Below are positions 62,580 through 64,000 of a stretch of DNA of 64,000 nt, one piece after another. Location of the stretch: NCBI GenBank assembly GCA_963823665.1, contig CAWGMQ010000006.1, positions 224,001 to 288,000 of the forward strand, given 5' to 3'. The notes beneath the pieces were generated by a model, which searched no databases, was not told where the DNA came from, and was given only the letters and a program-made list of their open reading frames with translations. The position numbers and the translations under genes are program-made. Origin of the DNA: an uncultured Planctomycetota bacterium (lineage in GTDB: Bacteria > Planctomycetota > Planctomycetia > Isosphaerales > Isosphaeraceae). Position 1 is the first letter of the stretch. Each line of letters begins with the position of its first letter.

Positions 62580-62800
62580 CAATGGGCCCGCTCGGCTTTT
62601 TCCACCAGGTCGCGGACCAGCGATTCCAGTCGATCGTGATTAAACGGGCTCACCGATCCGATCATGCTACCATCCCGATCGATCACGAAGCGGCTGGGAA
62701 AACCCGTGACGCCGTAGCGCTTGATCGTCGTTCCCTTCCCCGCTGGAGCCCTCGGCCGTATCAGGATCGGGCCCGTCGAGCAATAGTCGAATGGGAGCGG
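62580..62800 (-). pseudogene. C-terminal fragment of a TlpA/redoxin-like protein
   Basis: GTTIKRYGVTGFPSRFVIDRDG with no upstream CxxC half. Confidence 0.5.
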
Positions 62801-62801
62801 G

Positions 62802-63143
62802 TTACGATCCACAGGCTCCGGAAGAAGAACCAGAATCCCAGTGGCATCGTATGGATAGCGGCAACGGATTCGTCGAATTGCCATAGAGCGTGTCGACCAC
62901 GACCCCTTCGTCCACCCAGCCGAACACCGAACCGCAGAGGAAGAGAGGCGAGAACGAGGCGACTTTGAAGCGTCGCACGAGATCAAGGAAGATCCAGCCC
63001 AGCAGGCAATATGCAAACCAGGTGATCAGGAATTCCGGGAGCGTGTCCGCCGGTCGCCAGAAGGACCAGAAGACCCGTTCCGAGAAGAAAAACAGGATGT
63101 AGCCGTTGGCGAGGATGATGGCGGCTTTGCGGAGGAGGTCCAT
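62802..63143 (-). CDS. membrane protein, probably truncated
   Basis: Three hydrophobic helices (FFFSERVFW, GSVFGWVDEGVVV), then abrupt change of character. Confidence 0.5.
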   Translation of the reverse strand: MDLLRKAAIILANGYILFFFSERVFWSFWRPADTLPEFLITWFAYCLLGWIFLDLVRRFKVASFSPLFLCGSVFGWVDEGVVVDTLYGNSTNPLPLSIRCHWDSGSSSGACGS

Positions 63144-63342
63144 GCCCCAGGAGTCTCCTCAAGTATTCGCGATGGCGCTCTTCGTCGGTCCAGTCAGGGT
63201 GAAGTTGCCGGATGCGACTCTGAATCATGATTCGCGCGGATCGATGCGCGGAATCAGCCACGCCGACTCGTTCCGCAGGCGTCTTGGCCGCCAGGATGGC
63301 CGCATCAGCGCGATCGATCACTTCGATCCGAGGTTTCTGCAC
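62983..63342 (-). CDS. small hypothetical protein (true end probably near 63135)
   Basis: GTG after GGAGGA; IEVID...LAAKTPAERV...IRQLHPDWTDEE...RRL. Confidence 0.5.
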   Translation of the reverse strand: MQKPRIEVIDRADAAILAAKTPAERVGVADSAHRSARIMIQSRIRQLHPDWTDEERHREYLRRLLGHGPPPQSRHHPRQRLHPVFLLGTGLLVLLATGGHAPGIPDHLVCILPAGLDLP

Positions 63343-63633
63343 CGGCGCTCCTCCGAGTGATTCCTCAAGTGGAATTATAATGCGAGACGCCAAACACGTC
63401 ACTTCTTCTCCGAAGGCTTGGCCTCGGGATACTCCACGACGTGCCGGCAACGCCCATAACCAGCGTGAGCTCGACCAGGGCATGCGTTGGCCTCAGAGGG
63501 GAATCTTGTTACGTTCAGGGTTGCTCGGACAGGCGTCAAGCGAGTCGGTCTGCGTAAGAGTTCGCGTGGCTGGTGCGCCTGTTCGTTAGTCGGACGGGCA
63601 GGCGTTTGAGCCAGCGGAGAGGAATGCAGAAAC

Positions 63634-64000
63634 GTGTCGTGGTTGGTTGTATCCATCTTCCTGGTCGTTTGGGTCTGGGCCTGGGCTACTTCTATGCGCT
63701 TTCTCTACCACGTCGCTTCGCGTGCGCTCGCAAGATGGGCCGCCGAGAGTGGACACAGTATCGAAGAACAAAGGGCTTCATTCTGGCTACATGGACCTTT
63801 CGCCTTCGAACGCGATGGATGGCAAAGGGTCTATCGCGTCAAGGTGCGCGAAAAGAATGGAGTATTGAAGGACGGCTGGGTACGCGTCGGGAGACGGTGG
63901 TGGCCTTGCTTATCGATCGCGGATTGTCCGGTCGAGGTTCGATGGGACGGAGACGAGGCACAGCCGGAACCAGCCATTCCGCCGGCACCTCCCGTGAATG
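63634..64000 (+). CDS. hypothetical membrane-anchored protein (runs off window end)
   Basis: Own translation: MSWLVVSIFLVVW...LARWAAESG...GPF...QRVYRVKV...GWVRVG...VEVRWD; GGAGAGG upstream; absent from ORF track because no stop in window. Confidence 0.65.
   Translation, partial: MSWLVVSIFLVVWVWAWATSMRFLYHVASRALARWAAESGHSIEEQRASFWLHGPFAFERDGWQRVYRVKVREKNGVLKDGWVRVGRRWWPCLSIADCPVEVRWDGDEAQPEPAIPPAPPVN

Noticed and set aside
1..64000. rRNA, tRNA, prophage or integron
   Set aside because: No such signatures recognised by eye; no integrase or phage structural genes.

Overview
64-kb GC-rich bacterial window, very likely a Planctomycete (Isosphaeraceae-like). The evidence is DUF1559 proteins, PVC-type heme/CxxCH proteins, an LEPR-xLL signal, DUF4058, and ECF sigma/FecR and BlaI/M56 pairs. 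About ten long genes are broken by apparent 1-bp indels, which suggests an imperfectly polished long-read assembly. Contents: two near-identical IS1182-family copies, each inserted in the loop of a REP-like hairpin; an SdpAB-like DUF5819/HTTM pair; a divergent ECF-FecR/DUF1559 locus followed by hydrolases (PVC cytochrome protein, S9-DUF885 fusion, GH31, Xaa-Pro aminopeptidase, M28); two PEP-CTERM genes; a BlaI/M56-MFP module with a readable operator; a kinase-STAND-FGE protein; an M13 peptidase; an MFS transporter; an LEPR-xLL/TPS-domain hybrid; and three more DUF1559 genes. The best novelty candidate is a minus-strand three-gene operon (43571-47163) resembling class V lanthipeptide/thioamitide dehydration machinery: a long precursor-like protein, an APH-type kinase and a HopA1-type lyase fused to LanC. 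Here the LanC is shortened and lacks its Zn-ligand motifs, and the precursor is Cys-free and His/Pro-rich. No rRNA, tRNA or CRISPR array was seen. All family calls come from motif recognition, not database searches.
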